This document shows, one piece after another, positions 46,409 to 56,726 of a stretch of 64,000 bases of DNA. Position 1 is the first letter of the stretch, and each line of letters opens with the position of its first letter. Origin of the DNA: Bradymonadia bacterium (GTDB lineage: Bacteria; Myxococcota_A; Bradymonadia; UBA7976; UBA1532); the NCBI GenBank assembly GCA_046290225.1, contig JBKAGE010000082.1:32001-96000 (forward strand), in the 5' to 3' direction. Both the position numbers and the translations under genes were made by a program. The notes beneath the pieces were generated by a model that had not been told where the DNA came from, searched no databases, and worked only from the letters and a program-made list of their open reading frames with translations.

Positions 46409-49113
46409 TCGCGTCGTGGAAGCTGTGGTGTGGGCTGTCGCTGTGGGCCATCACCGGCTGCGCAGGCAGCGTCGAAGAGAGCGATGGTGGCGCCGGTGAA
46501 GGCGGCGCTGGAGCCATGATGGGCGGCGCCGGCGGCGTCGGTGCCATGGGGGGAGGCGTGGGCGGTACCGGTGCCGGGACCGGCGGCGGTGCCCCTGGCG
46601 GGCAAGGCGGCGGTGGCATCGGCCCCTCGGACAATGGCCGGCCCAAGCTCAAGCGGATCGGCGATCGCGATGCCCCAGTGGGCGTCGAGTTGATGATTCA
46701 GCTCGACGCCACTGATCCGGACAATGACGCGCTCTTCTTCAACGTGCGCTCCTCTCTCCCTGACGGCGCCAAGTTCATCAAGGAGATCGGACAGTTCACC
46801 TGGACCCCCCCGGATGACGCCGAAGGGTCCCGGGCCCTGGTCACCTTCGAGGTGAGCGACGGCGAGCTGAAAGACCAGGAAACGATCCAAATCAGGGTGC
46901 TCGCCGCCGGTGAAGACGTGAACCGACCACCAGAGTTCGAGGTGATCGGCGATCAGGTGCTCGAGGGGGGTCGTCCCTTCGAATTGCAACTCGAAGCCAC
47001 AGACCGCAACGGCGACACTCTGACCTACAGCATCTCGGGCATGGGCCCCGAAGGCTCCACCCTCGACGCGGCCTCGGGTCTGTTCCAGTGGACCCCACCC
47101 GTGGAGCTCGTCGGCCAGCAGGTACCCATCACCTTCGAAGCGAGCGACGGAGAAGCAAGCGCTCAGCTCGCCGTGAACCTGGTCGTCACCGACGGCTCTG
47201 GCGGCAATCAGAACCTGCCCCCCCGCATCACCCCCATCGACGACGTCGAGGTGGGTGTGGGTGACACGGTCCGCGTGCAGGTCACTGCTGAAGACAACAA
47301 CCCGGCCTCGTTGCGTTACAGCATGCGCCTGGGGCCCGACGGGGCGAGCTTCGACGAGAACGAGGCGGTCTTCACCTGGACCCCGGGCCCCGACGACATC
47401 GATCAATCCCACCGCGCGGTGTTCCAGGTGAGCGATGGCGAGTTCACGGTGATCGAGTCGATGTCGATCAACGTCGTCGCAGGTGGCCCTGCTCCCATGT
47501 GCCAGCCCGATGGCGTCGCTCCGGACGCCTTGACCCCCCTGGTGCCTGATCAGCTCGTGGATGATCGCAGCATCTGCCCTGCAGGCAATGTGGACGAGTT
47601 CAACTTCAATCTGAACGAGGGCGACGCCTTCACCCTCACCCTCGACTTCGATCACGATCGAGGCGATCTAGACCTCTATGTCACGGGGCCTGACGGGTTC
47701 ACGCTCAACTCCCTCGAAGCAGAGGCCCCCGAGCGGGTGGTGGGTGTCGCGCCAGCGGCAGGCATGTACGTGGCCTCGGTGACCCCCTACCCCGCCATGA
47801 CCGGGAGCAACCCGGACTACAGCCTCGCCCTCGTCGTCGGCGAGCAGGCCATGTGCAACGACGACATGTTCGAGGCGGGCAACGGCAACGACGAACCAGA
47901 CGATGCCACACCTCTGGCCGATGCCATCGGGGAGCAGCTGCACATCTGCGTGGGCGACCGCGACCACTATCAGACGCAGCTCACCCTCGGTCAGTCGGCC
48001 ACCTTCAGGGCCTTCTTCACCGACGAAGACGGCGACATCGACATGGCGGTCCGCAGCCCCAGCGGTCAGCTCTATCGAGGCAACTCGTCCACCGACGACG
48101 AAGAGGTGGTGATTCCTCTGGTCCCCGAGACCGGCCGATATGTGCTTGAGGTCTATGGATTCGGCAACGCTGAGAACAGCTACCGCCTGGACCTGGAGAC
48201 TGTAGATCCGCCCCCCTGTGATGCCGATCGCCTCGAGCCCAACGACAATTTCAATGCTGCCGAGACGCTCCGGCCCGAGGTCTACAACCGCCTGACGTGG
48301 TGTGCCGACGACGACTGGTACCGCACCCAGGTCAACGCCGGCTCCATCCTGTCGGTCTGGATCAGCTACACAGGAGATCAGGCACCCCGGATGGTCTCCT
48401 ACCGAGCCGAGAACATGGTCATGGGCCAGTCGTACGAGGTGGCCAACGGCCCCGAGTGCGGCAACCTCGATCGCGACGGCTGCCGCCGCCTGCGGGTGAC
48501 GGTGCAAGAGGACACGTTGGTGCACTACCGCGTCACCGACGGCGCTGTGGGCATGGATTACGATCTCCGCGTGCGCGTGGAAGACGCCGGCCAGGCCAGC
48601 TGCGCGATGCCACAGGACTGCCCTGATCCCAACACGGTGTGCGACTTCGACGCCCGCCAGTGCGTACCCGCGGTGTGCAACGCCAACGGCGACGGCTGCC
48701 CCGACGGCTACATGTGCCACCAGCGCTGGTGCGTGGAGGGTTGCGCCGCAGGCAACCTGCGTCGGTGTGATCGGGCGGACTTCGAGTGCAAAGAGCTCAA
48801 CGGTGAGGCTCTCTGTGGCTATGTGCAGGTCGACGCCGCCGTGGGCGCGTCGTGCAATGACTTCACCGACTGTGGTGACGATCTCGACTGCCTCGCCGAC
48901 TTCGACGTGCCTGGCGGCTACTGCTCCCGTCAGTGCACCGCCCGAGCAGAGTGCGGCGACGGGGCGTGCGCGGCCTTCGACGACGGTGACTGGTGCGGCA
49001 AGACCTGTCAGAACCAGGGCGACTGCCGCAACAACTACACCTGTGAGCAGCGGGCCACCCCTGAAGGCGGTCAGGTGCGCATCTGCGTGCCCCAGGTCTT
49101 CGACACCAAGTGA
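46405..49113 (+). CDS. Lipoprotein adhesin: three putative Ig/cadherin-like domains, PPC (pre-peptidase C-terminal) domains and Cys-rich C-terminus
   Basis: Lipobox ITGC; three FxWTP...VSDG repeats; GDLDLYV/GDIDM, EPNDN; many Cys pairs. Confidence 0.85.
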   Translation: MIASWKLWCGLSLWAITGCAGSVEESDGGAGEGGAGAMMGGAGGVGAMGGGVGGTGAGTGGGAPGGQGGGGIGPSDNGRPKLKRIGDRDAPVGVELMIQLDATDPDNDALFFNVRSSLPDGAKFIKEIGQFTWTPPDDAEGSRALVTFEVSDGELKDQETIQIRVLAAGEDVNRPPEFEVIGDQVLEGGRPFELQLEATDRNGDTLTYSISGMGPEGSTLDAASGLFQWTPPVELVGQQVPITFEASDGEASAQLAVNLVVTDGSGGNQNLPPRITPIDDVEVGVGDTVRVQVTAEDNNPASLRYSMRLGPDGASFDENEAVFTWTPGPDDIDQSHRAVFQVSDGEFTVIESMSINVVAGGPAPMCQPDGVAPDALTPLVPDQLVDDRSICPAGNVDEFNFNLNEGDAFTLTLDFDHDRGDLDLYVTGPDGFTLNSLEAEAPERVVGVAPAAGMYVASVTPYPAMTGSNPDYSLALVVGEQAMCNDDMFEAGNGNDEPDDATPLADAIGEQLHICVGDRDHYQTQLTLGQSATFRAFFTDEDGDIDMAVRSPSGQLYRGNSSTDDEEVVIPLVPETGRYVLEVYGFGNAENSYRLDLETVDPPPCDADRLEPNDNFNAAETLRPEVYNRLTWCADDDWYRTQVNAGSILSVWISYTGDQAPRMVSYRAENMVMGQSYEVANGPECGNLDRDGCRRLRVTVQEDTLVHYRVTDGAVGMDYDLRVRVEDAGQASCAMPQDCPDPNTVCDFDARQCVPAVCNANGDGCPDGYMCHQRWCVEGCAAGNLRRCDRADFECKELNGEALCGYVQVDAAVGASCNDFTDCGDDLDCLADFDVPGGYCSRQCTARAECGDGACAAFDDGDWCGKTCQNQGDCRNNYTCEQRATPEGGQVRICVPQVFDTK

Positions 49114-50159
49114 CCACCTCTCTTTATGTGATCGTCGCGCCCGGCCTGGAGGCGGTGGTCGCCTCGGAGCTCGAAGCCCTGGGCTTCAGCGACATCGAGC
49201 CGGGCCGCGGTGGAGTGTCGTGCTCAGGTGACGCTGCGCGGGCCAACCTGCACTTGAGAGCCGCCACTCGAGTCATCGAGCGGGTGGCTCAGTTCAAAGC
49301 CACTCGCTTTGCAGATCTCACCCGAAAGGTGGCCAGGGTGGACTGGTCGCCCTATGGCGGGCTCACCCCACAAGCCACCTGTCGAAAGTCTCGTCTGTAC
49401 CACACCGGCGCCGTCGAAGAGGCTGTGGCCAAGGCCGTACCTCCAGGAGATGGCACCCTCATGGTGCGCATCGAGCGAGATGTGTGCACGTTGAGCGTCG
49501 ACACCTCTGGAGAGCGGCTGCATCGACGCGGCTGGCGCCTGGAGACAGGCCACGCTCCGCTGAGAGAGACCCTCGCCGCAGGCCTGCTCAGCCTTGCAGA
49601 CTGGTCTCCGAGCATACCGCTCTACGATCCGATGTGCGGCTCGGGCACTTTCTTGATCGAGGCCGCCACCTGGGCTGCCGGCCTGCCCGCAGGGCGTCTG
49701 CGCAGCTTCGCGAACAGCGCTGCAGCCGTAGGTGGTGAAGCACCTCCGTGTCCTGAAGAGCGACATGGATGGATCGCCGGCAGCGATCGCAGCGGACCGG
49801 CAATTCAAGCCGCTCGACGCAACGCCGAGCGAGCGGGCGTCGAAGGCTGGCTGACGATGGGCAACGGTGAGGTGGGCCGCATCACGCCTCCAGAGGGTGT
49901 GCCTCCAGGGTTGCTGATCTGCAACCCGCCCTATGGTCGACGCGTCGACGCGGCCCGACACACCATGGGGCGCCTGAAGCTGGCCCTGGAAGGCCCATTC
50001 GCCCCATGGCGGGCGGCGATCTTCGCCCCCCAGAAGCTGATGGCCGACGGGCAGGCCAAAGCCATGTGGGGTCGTAGCATCAGCGCTCGACACTCCATCG
50101 ACAACGGAGGACTGAAGACCGTGTTGCTGGTGTTGAATCAGCGCACTGACCCAGCTTGA
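49110..50159 (+). CDS. THUMP-domain RNA methyltransferase, RlmL-like
   Basis: APGLE, DTSGERLHRRGWR, APLRETLAA, DPMCGSGTFLIEAA, NPPYG. Confidence 0.9.
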   Translation: MTTSLYVIVAPGLEAVVASELEALGFSDIEPGRGGVSCSGDAARANLHLRAATRVIERVAQFKATRFADLTRKVARVDWSPYGGLTPQATCRKSRLYHTGAVEEAVAKAVPPGDGTLMVRIERDVCTLSVDTSGERLHRRGWRLETGHAPLRETLAAGLLSLADWSPSIPLYDPMCGSGTFLIEAATWAAGLPAGRLRSFANSAAAVGGEAPPCPEERHGWIAGSDRSGPAIQAARRNAERAGVEGWLTMGNGEVGRITPPEGVPPGLLICNPPYGRRVDAARHTMGRLKLALEGPFAPWRAAIFAPQKLMADGQAKAMWGRSISARHSIDNGGLKTVLLVLNQRTDPA

Positions 50160-50247
50160 ACCACCTGGGTGACCTCTACCCCACCTCTTTCTTTTTTTTC
50201 TTTTATTCCGTTTAAGGCTATCAGCATCCACAGCCCATGGATCAGCC

Positions 50248-53091
50248 ATGCCCAAATTCAGAGGACACACACGCCGAAACGCTGCACTCGTCGCCGGCGG
50301 TCTCGGCGCGGCCTTATTCTGGGTGTCTTCCACCCCCTATCTGAACTCAGAGTCTTCGTCTGAAGAAGGAGCCCGTAACACCTCACAGCCCCAATCGTCT
50401 GCCAACACATCCGCACACACGCTCGCCCGCTCGAACCATGTCACCTCGCTCCGACGACACAGCCCATTTCCTTCACTGAATCTCACTCGGGCGCCGGCCC
50501 ATGCTCAGCAGACGGTCTGGCTCGAATCTGGACGTCACCCCTTGGAGGTGGCCGCGGACGAGGTGCTGGTGACGCTGCAGCCCGACGTCTCCGCTGCTGA
50601 TTTGGAGCGCATCGCCGATCTGCTCGATTTGAAGCTGGATCGTGTTCACCCGCGCTCGGGGCTGGTGCGTCTCAAGCTCGATCACCCCGGCGCTCGTAAC
50701 CTGCGCGGTGCTGTAGATGCCCTGAAAACGCACACCGACATCGTTGCCTGGGCAGGTCTCAACCCCATCGCCCGTGGCACATCTGATCCTCAAGGCGGTG
50801 CTGAGGCCCCTGGTGATCAGCCTCAAGGTGACGTCGGCGGTGAAAGTTTGGAGGCCGTGGATCAGGGCGCTGTCGATCAAGCAGTCAATCCAGAGGCTCA
50901 GACAGAGTCTCGCGCTGAACGAAAAGCCCGCAGCGTCACCCGATTCCGTAGCCTCGACCGCCGACTGCTCGACTCTTTGCCCCAGAGGCCTGTCAGTGTG
51001 GAGCAAGATCAGTCCCAAGGCGATTTGGAGGGTTTGCAGTGGCAGATGTCGGGATTGACGCAGTTCCAGCACGACAGCTGGCCTCAAGCATGGGCTCAGG
51101 TGCCCTACGCAGACGACGTGGTGGTGGCGGTCCTCGACAGCGGGGTGGCCTACGCCGACGGTGAAGAGAACGGCGTGCAATACGCCAAGGCCCCTTCTCT
51201 CGCGTGCACCGACTTCGTCCACCCCTTCGATGCCGTCAACGACGACCTCTTCCCCTTCGACGATCATCAGCACGGCACCCACCTCACCAGCCTCCTCGCT
51301 GCTGATCCCGCCTGTGGGGCCCGTATCCGGGGCTACGCTCGCGGCGTCACCGTCATGCCCGTCAAGGTCCTCGACCATGAGCTCGCAGGCACAGAGGACG
51401 ATCTCATCGAGGGCTTGCTGCACGCCACGGAGCACGGCGCCGACATCGTCAACATGAGCCTGTCGTTCAGCCGTGGGTTCCGGCCCAGCCCTGCCCTGCG
51501 TCGGGCCCTCAAGCACGCTGAGATCTCGGGCGTGGTGCTGGTCTCTTCAGCGGGCAACGAAGGGAAGGACTACATCGCCTGGCCTGCGGCCTCGCCCCAC
51601 GTCATGTCAGTGGGCTCTTACAGCCTCAAGAAGATGTGGCACCCCAAAAAGAGGGTCCGCCGCAGCCGCTACAGCAACCACGGCTCGGGCCTCTCGGTCC
51701 TCGCCCCAGGTGGCCTGCTCGATGAAGACCATGACGAGAACGGCCTGCCTGACGGCATCCTCGCCGAGAGCTTCAACCCCGAAGATCCCACGCGCTTCGG
51801 CTACTGGATGGCTGCGGGGACCTCGCAAGCCGCCGTCGCCGTCACCGGCATCGCGGCGCTGCTCAAGGCCAAGGGCACCCCACCCACGCTGATCCGTCGG
51901 GTCATCGAGCTCACGGCGTATCGCAAGAAGAAGAACCGCAGCCGCGACAACGGCATGATCCGACCTGCCATGGCCCTCAACGCCATGGACTCGGTCGACT
52001 TCCCCCTCGAAGAGCTCGACACCAAGGTGCTGGTAGAGCCTCAGCTCATGCTCACCGGCAAGGCTTCGAGCAAGAAGAGCAGAGCCGTCGCCCGCATCAC
52101 GGTGCGCATGGAGAAAGATGGCGAGCTGGTCCGCCCCCAAGAGGTGCTTGAGCGCGGCACCCTGTTCATCCTCGGCCGTTGGACCGGCGATCTCGAAGGG
52201 ACGGTCAGCTGCAAGATCCAGATCCACAAAGGCCAAGACAGCTGCCTGCTGAGGAGTCAACGCAAGATCGAGCAGTGGGGCGGCCCGGCCATGGCGGGCA
52301 TTCAAATCGAGCGGGTCTCTCTGACGCCCCGTACCCGACGTCGTCAGATGAGGTACTGGTTCGCGAACACGGGTGGTTACTACTCCCTCGACGAGGAGAC
52401 CGTCGCTCAGCTGGTGGATGCAGGTAGTCAGACAGATGGCGCCATCTTCAGGCTTGATCCCGAGAGCGCAGATGAAGGGGTGAGCTTCCGGGCCGTGTTC
52501 GGCAGGCGACTGCAACAGACCGTCTACATGGTCAGGAACCTCGATCTGAACTCTGACCAGGCGCCCACGGTCATCGCCTTCAACCAGGCCTGGCTCGACG
52601 AGCACCCCGAGCTCATCGGCCAGCTCGATGCAGCGCAGCCCCTTGACGATGCGCCTGATGAGGCACGAGATGATGTCGACGCCGCCCCGGTGGGCTTCGA
52701 TGCCGTCGCGACCCCGGACGCCAGTGAGGCACCCCAAGGCGCAGGGGGCACGGGCCTTGGCTCCAGCTCGCGCGTGTTCAGCTTCAAGCCCCAGCGCTTC
52801 TACAGGGCCCGCACGGTTCGGGGTCATCGTCGGATCGTGCAGGGCAATGGTCTCGGCTCCAGCACCCGCATCTTCCGGTGGTCCAACGCCTTGCGCTTCA
52901 CCAACGCCACCTCGGCGCGGTGGCGCAGCCTGGGCAACGGCCTCGGCTCCAGCACCCGCATTTTCGACAACGGCCTCTTCAGGCGAATGAGCAGCCCCTA
53001 TGCCCGGATCTCGATGAGCGGTCTACGGATGATGGGCATGAGCCAGCATGATGAAGATCATGGCACCGGCATGGTCGCCCTCGACGAGTGA
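50248..53091 (+). CDS. S8 subtilase with prodomain and long C-terminal extension; possible Tat signal
   Basis: VAVLDSG (Asp), HGTHL (His), SAGN (oxyanion Asn), GTSQA (Ser); TRRN motif. Confidence 0.9.
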   Translation: MPKFRGHTRRNAALVAGGLGAALFWVSSTPYLNSESSSEEGARNTSQPQSSANTSAHTLARSNHVTSLRRHSPFPSLNLTRAPAHAQQTVWLESGRHPLEVAADEVLVTLQPDVSAADLERIADLLDLKLDRVHPRSGLVRLKLDHPGARNLRGAVDALKTHTDIVAWAGLNPIARGTSDPQGGAEAPGDQPQGDVGGESLEAVDQGAVDQAVNPEAQTESRAERKARSVTRFRSLDRRLLDSLPQRPVSVEQDQSQGDLEGLQWQMSGLTQFQHDSWPQAWAQVPYADDVVVAVLDSGVAYADGEENGVQYAKAPSLACTDFVHPFDAVNDDLFPFDDHQHGTHLTSLLAADPACGARIRGYARGVTVMPVKVLDHELAGTEDDLIEGLLHATEHGADIVNMSLSFSRGFRPSPALRRALKHAEISGVVLVSSAGNEGKDYIAWPAASPHVMSVGSYSLKKMWHPKKRVRRSRYSNHGSGLSVLAPGGLLDEDHDENGLPDGILAESFNPEDPTRFGYWMAAGTSQAAVAVTGIAALLKAKGTPPTLIRRVIELTAYRKKKNRSRDNGMIRPAMALNAMDSVDFPLEELDTKVLVEPQLMLTGKASSKKSRAVARITVRMEKDGELVRPQEVLERGTLFILGRWTGDLEGTVSCKIQIHKGQDSCLLRSQRKIEQWGGPAMAGIQIERVSLTPRTRRRQMRYWFANTGGYYSLDEETVAQLVDAGSQTDGAIFRLDPESADEGVSFRAVFGRRLQQTVYMVRNLDLNSDQAPTVIAFNQAWLDEHPELIGQLDAAQPLDDAPDEARDDVDAAPVGFDAVATPDASEAPQGAGGTGLGSSSRVFSFKPQRFYRARTVRGHRRIVQGNGLGSSTRIFRWSNALRFTNATSARWRSLGNGLGSSTRIFDNGLFRRMSSPYARISMSGLRMMGMSQHDEDHGTGMVALDE

Positions 53092-55161
53092 TCACTCCGG
53101 ATCGCACGGCCCCTCGCACACCCCCTCGATCACCCCTGCCTCGAAGAACCGCCTGACCTGCAACTGACTGCTGGGCAACTGCCGCACATCACCGTGCACT
53201 GGCCCGCCCTCTGTGGGGGGGATGGCGGTGTATCCCGGGAAGGGTGGCTCGAGCTTGAAGTCGAAGAGCATGAAGCCTGAGCCTTCGTGGGGCGGCATCA
53301 CCCCCTCGAGGCCGTAGGTCACGCGGGTGCTGGGCATGATCTGAGGCACGCCGAGGGTCCGGGCGTGCTGCTCGGTGGCCAGCGGCGTGACGTGGGTATC
53401 CCAGAGACCCGCGTGCAACAACACGCGACGCTCTGCAGGGGCCCAGCTCGGCGGGGTGTCGAGCACCAGGGGGGCATAGGTCATGGGATCGATGAGATCG
53501 AAGATCCACTGGCTCTGGGCCGCGAAGATCTGCTGGTCGAGCGGATCAGGGAACCCGCCCTCGATCAGCTGCAAGAAAGCGATGAAGGGCCAGGCCCGGA
53601 ACATCATGAAGGTGAAGGGGCCACCGCCGACGCTCAAGGCCACCCGCTCGTAATCAGGGGCCAGGGCCGCCAGGGTGCCGCCGAGGATGTGCCCCTGGCT
53701 GATGCCATAGAAGTAGATGTGCTCGGGGTCGAGGATGGGCCGTTGGGCGTCGCCCACAGTCACCGTGAAGGCATCCTCTTCGCTGAGGGCGATGCGGGCC
53801 TTCGACAGGGCGATCTGGTTCACCATGCCCTGATGTACCCGCTCCACGAAGTCAAAGGCGCCGGTGGGATCTCGGGCGAGGCCCGCGAGGACCCGGGCGC
53901 CATCTGGCAGCGACATGCCCCACCAGTCCACGGCGATGGCCACCATCTCGGCGTCGGCGACGAACTCGTGCACGAAGTTGCGGGCGATCTCGTCTCTGCC
54001 GCCGAAGAACCCGTGGCCGAACTGCATGAGGGGCACCGGCTCGCCGCCGCCTTCGATGCGCTCGACGACGCTGAAGGGCACCAGCGCGGTGAACGGCACC
54101 TGCACCACCCCTTCAACGACGACCTCACCGTCAGCCCCCCGACGCAAGAGAGATCCAGGGCCGCCGTTGCCTTCCAGGATCAACGGCGCGGTGATCATGC
54201 CTTCAATCTGGAAGGCGATGGTCTCGCTGTGGCGGTCGTCGGGCTCTGGTGTGGTCACCTCGGTGATCATGACCTCTGGCGGATCGACGGCGATGGCCCC
54301 GAGGGCCAGCTCCACCCCAGTGAGCATGTCGTGGCGCACGCGATCCATGTCCCGCACGGTGAAGTCCCAGGCGAGCTGCAACGCCTCGACCTCCACCCCT
54401 GCGCTCTGCAGAGGCGCGATGATCTCCTCGGCGAACCGCTGAGGCTCAGCGCCCAGCGCCGGCACGTTCGCCTCTGGATCAGCGAGCCGCTTGAACCCCT
54501 CACCCACAGGCATCAACTCACCTTCGACGTCGGTGAGACCTCTGATGGCCACGATGTAGCGGGTCTGGGACTTCAGCGGCACCATCGGGCGCATCAGCAG
54601 CGCTTGGGATTCGGGGCCTAAGCCCTCTGCCGTGGCCCGCGGATCGAGCTCGGCGAAGTGCGGTACGGGGGCGCCGGTGTCGGCTTCGAAGATCAAAGTG
54701 GGGCTATCGCCTCCGAGCGTGCGGCCAATGTCGTCGTCGTGAAAGACAATCGCCTCTGGGTCCACGGCCCGAGGCCACACGGTGATGATGGGGCCATTGG
54801 GCGAGAAGCCGTCGATCGCGCGCCGACGGTCGAAGTCGCCGAGGGTACCGTCGTCGGTGACGAGGGTGGCCTCGTCGGAGATGCGGATCTCTCCACCTGT
54901 CTCTGTGACCTGCCGCCAGTGATCTGAGGGCCACGGCAACAGGCAATGATGCTCGGGGGCCAGCGGGTTGCATCCTTCGGGTGGAGCCCAATCGTCCGGG
55001 GGGCTGGCGTCGGACTCTCCAGGTGCAGCCGCGTCCGTCGTGGGGCGTGCGACATCACCCTCTGAGTCCCCATCACAGCCCCACAAGGCGCCGAGGGCGA
55101 TCGCAAAAGACCCCCATGTCATGGCGCGCCCAATCACGCGGTGCATTTCGGTTGTCAGCAT
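53092..55161 (-). CDS. Lipoprotein alpha/beta hydrolase (lipase/esterase-like) with N-terminal Ig-like region
   Basis: Lipobox LWGC; LPWPSD, DGFS, FGHGFFG, YYGISQG nucleophile elbow. Confidence 0.85.
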   Translation of the reverse strand: MLTTEMHRVIGRAMTWGSFAIALGALWGCDGDSEGDVARPTTDAAAPGESDASPPDDWAPPEGCNPLAPEHHCLLPWPSDHWRQVTETGGEIRISDEATLVTDDGTLGDFDRRRAIDGFSPNGPIITVWPRAVDPEAIVFHDDDIGRTLGGDSPTLIFEADTGAPVPHFAELDPRATAEGLGPESQALLMRPMVPLKSQTRYIVAIRGLTDVEGELMPVGEGFKRLADPEANVPALGAEPQRFAEEIIAPLQSAGVEVEALQLAWDFTVRDMDRVRHDMLTGVELALGAIAVDPPEVMITEVTTPEPDDRHSETIAFQIEGMITAPLILEGNGGPGSLLRRGADGEVVVEGVVQVPFTALVPFSVVERIEGGGEPVPLMQFGHGFFGGRDEIARNFVHEFVADAEMVAIAVDWWGMSLPDGARVLAGLARDPTGAFDFVERVHQGMVNQIALSKARIALSEEDAFTVTVGDAQRPILDPEHIYFYGISQGHILGGTLAALAPDYERVALSVGGGPFTFMMFRAWPFIAFLQLIEGGFPDPLDQQIFAAQSQWIFDLIDPMTYAPLVLDTPPSWAPAERRVLLHAGLWDTHVTPLATEQHARTLGVPQIMPSTRVTYGLEGVMPPHEGSGFMLFDFKLEPPFPGYTAIPPTEGGPVHGDVRQLPSSQLQVRRFFEAGVIEGVCEGPCDPE

Positions 55162-55240
55162 TTGTCCTCCACAGGCGAACACCTACACGTGGCCTGCTCG
55201 CCACACATCGCCCTTTTGCGGATGCATCTGGAGTCGTGCC

Positions 55241-56614
55241 ATGTCTACACGCCGCCCACCCTCACTCACTCTCGCAGTGTCAGTGGCTTCGTTCTGCTTC
55301 TTACTTACACCACTGAGCTCGATAATTTCGCCTGCTCACGCACACGAGCCCTGGCTTCACAACACCACCAACAACAACGCCTGCCCAGCAGGGGCCCGCT
55401 GGGCCACAGATCCTGTCGTGCGCCTCGACCCCCACTCACTCGACGCCCTCGGCGTCACGTTGCATAACCGCGTCATCTTCGAGCGATCTCTCAACTTCGC
55501 CATGGACGCCATCAACGACACGGTAGGCAGCGCACTTCACCTGAGACGAGGCGCAGACACCACGACGCGCATCAGAGGTGGCTCGAGCAGCAACACGTGG
55601 ACCCGCCGCAGCTATGAGGGGCTCTCGAACACCATCGTCGTTCAATTCGAGTCGGGAGATCTCCTCTCAGAAGGATCTGGAGGACAAGCGCTCCTGAAGA
55701 TCGCCGATTGCGAGATTCGCCGTGTACTGGTGCGGCTGAACGCGGACACCCTTTCGGCGAGCTCGGCCCCCATCGATGAAGATCGGATGCGGCATCTGCT
55801 GTTGCACGAGATGACCCACGCCACAGGTCTTCGACACCCCCACGAGTACTCCATCCTCAACTACTCTTCTCAGATCGACGCACGCTTCGAAATGCGCGAT
55901 GGCGAGTGGGTGCCTGTGCTCCTCCCGGACGACCGCGGGGGCTTACGGTACCTCTACCCCGCCGCAGGAGAAGAGACAGATGTGGCGATTCATGTGACGA
56001 CTGTTGGTGAAGAGCGTCATGGGGATGGCCGATATGATGCCTACTTCACTCAGGATACATGCCATCCGAGCATCGATGCTGGCTACTCAGTGCCAGAGCT
56101 GTCGATTCTGGCGCCGTTGTGTGGTGACCCAACGTGGACCCACGACGATCTCATGGGCGGGCCCAGCGCACTGGCGAGAGGAGACTTTAAGGTGTGCCCT
56201 GGTGACGAGGTCGACATGGGGCTCATGTTGGCCAACCATGGCACGGGCCGAACGCGGGTGAAACTCTCCACGTGGTTCTCGCAGTCTCTCGAGATGAACC
56301 TCGAGGCTCTCCTCGAAGGCCACACCTTCACCTCAGCGAACGTGTCCCCCTCGATCCTACAGCTCTCTGCAGACGACGACAGCCGCGGACGCGAAGGCAG
56401 CGTGGCGCTGATGTTCCGTGTCACAGTGCCCAACCTGGCCCCAGGCAGCTATCACATCTTCGCCACCGCGAGCACGCACCTCGACGACGGCCCCCCTGAG
56501 CATGAGCTCGACAACAACCACCGCCGAGTGACCGGGCGTTACCCGCTCATCGTTGGTGATGTCCGCACATGTGGTCCAGGTTGGGTACCGGGCACGATCG
56601 GCGGGGGGCTCTGA
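55241..56614 (+). CDS. Secreted metzincin-like (matrixin/M10-like) zinc metalloprotease with CARDB-like C-terminus
   Basis: Signal peptide ..AHA; HEMTHATGLRH; DDRGGLRYLY; ExxxDNN. Confidence 0.82.
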   Translation: MSTRRPPSLTLAVSVASFCFLLTPLSSIISPAHAHEPWLHNTTNNNACPAGARWATDPVVRLDPHSLDALGVTLHNRVIFERSLNFAMDAINDTVGSALHLRRGADTTTRIRGGSSSNTWTRRSYEGLSNTIVVQFESGDLLSEGSGGQALLKIADCEIRRVLVRLNADTLSASSAPIDEDRMRHLLLHEMTHATGLRHPHEYSILNYSSQIDARFEMRDGEWVPVLLPDDRGGLRYLYPAAGEETDVAIHVTTVGEERHGDGRYDAYFTQDTCHPSIDAGYSVPELSILAPLCGDPTWTHDDLMGGPSALARGDFKVCPGDEVDMGLMLANHGTGRTRVKLSTWFSQSLEMNLEALLEGHTFTSANVSPSILQLSADDDSRGREGSVALMFRVTVPNLAPGSYHIFATASTHLDDGPPEHELDNNHRRVTGRYPLIVGDVRTCGPGWVPGTIGGGL

Positions 56615-56726
56615 AGCATTCGTCGCCAGCCTGCCCTCGAAGCCAAGTTCCACAAAGTCACCACTGAAAACTCCAACCTGATCTGCTACAACCTCAGGCC
56701 CTCAAATTTCGAGGCCAGCGAGCGAC

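Noticed and set aside
50188..50206. Poly-T tract as an intrinsic terminator or phase-variation site
   Set aside because: No convincing preceding stem and it is intergenic; insufficient evidence.
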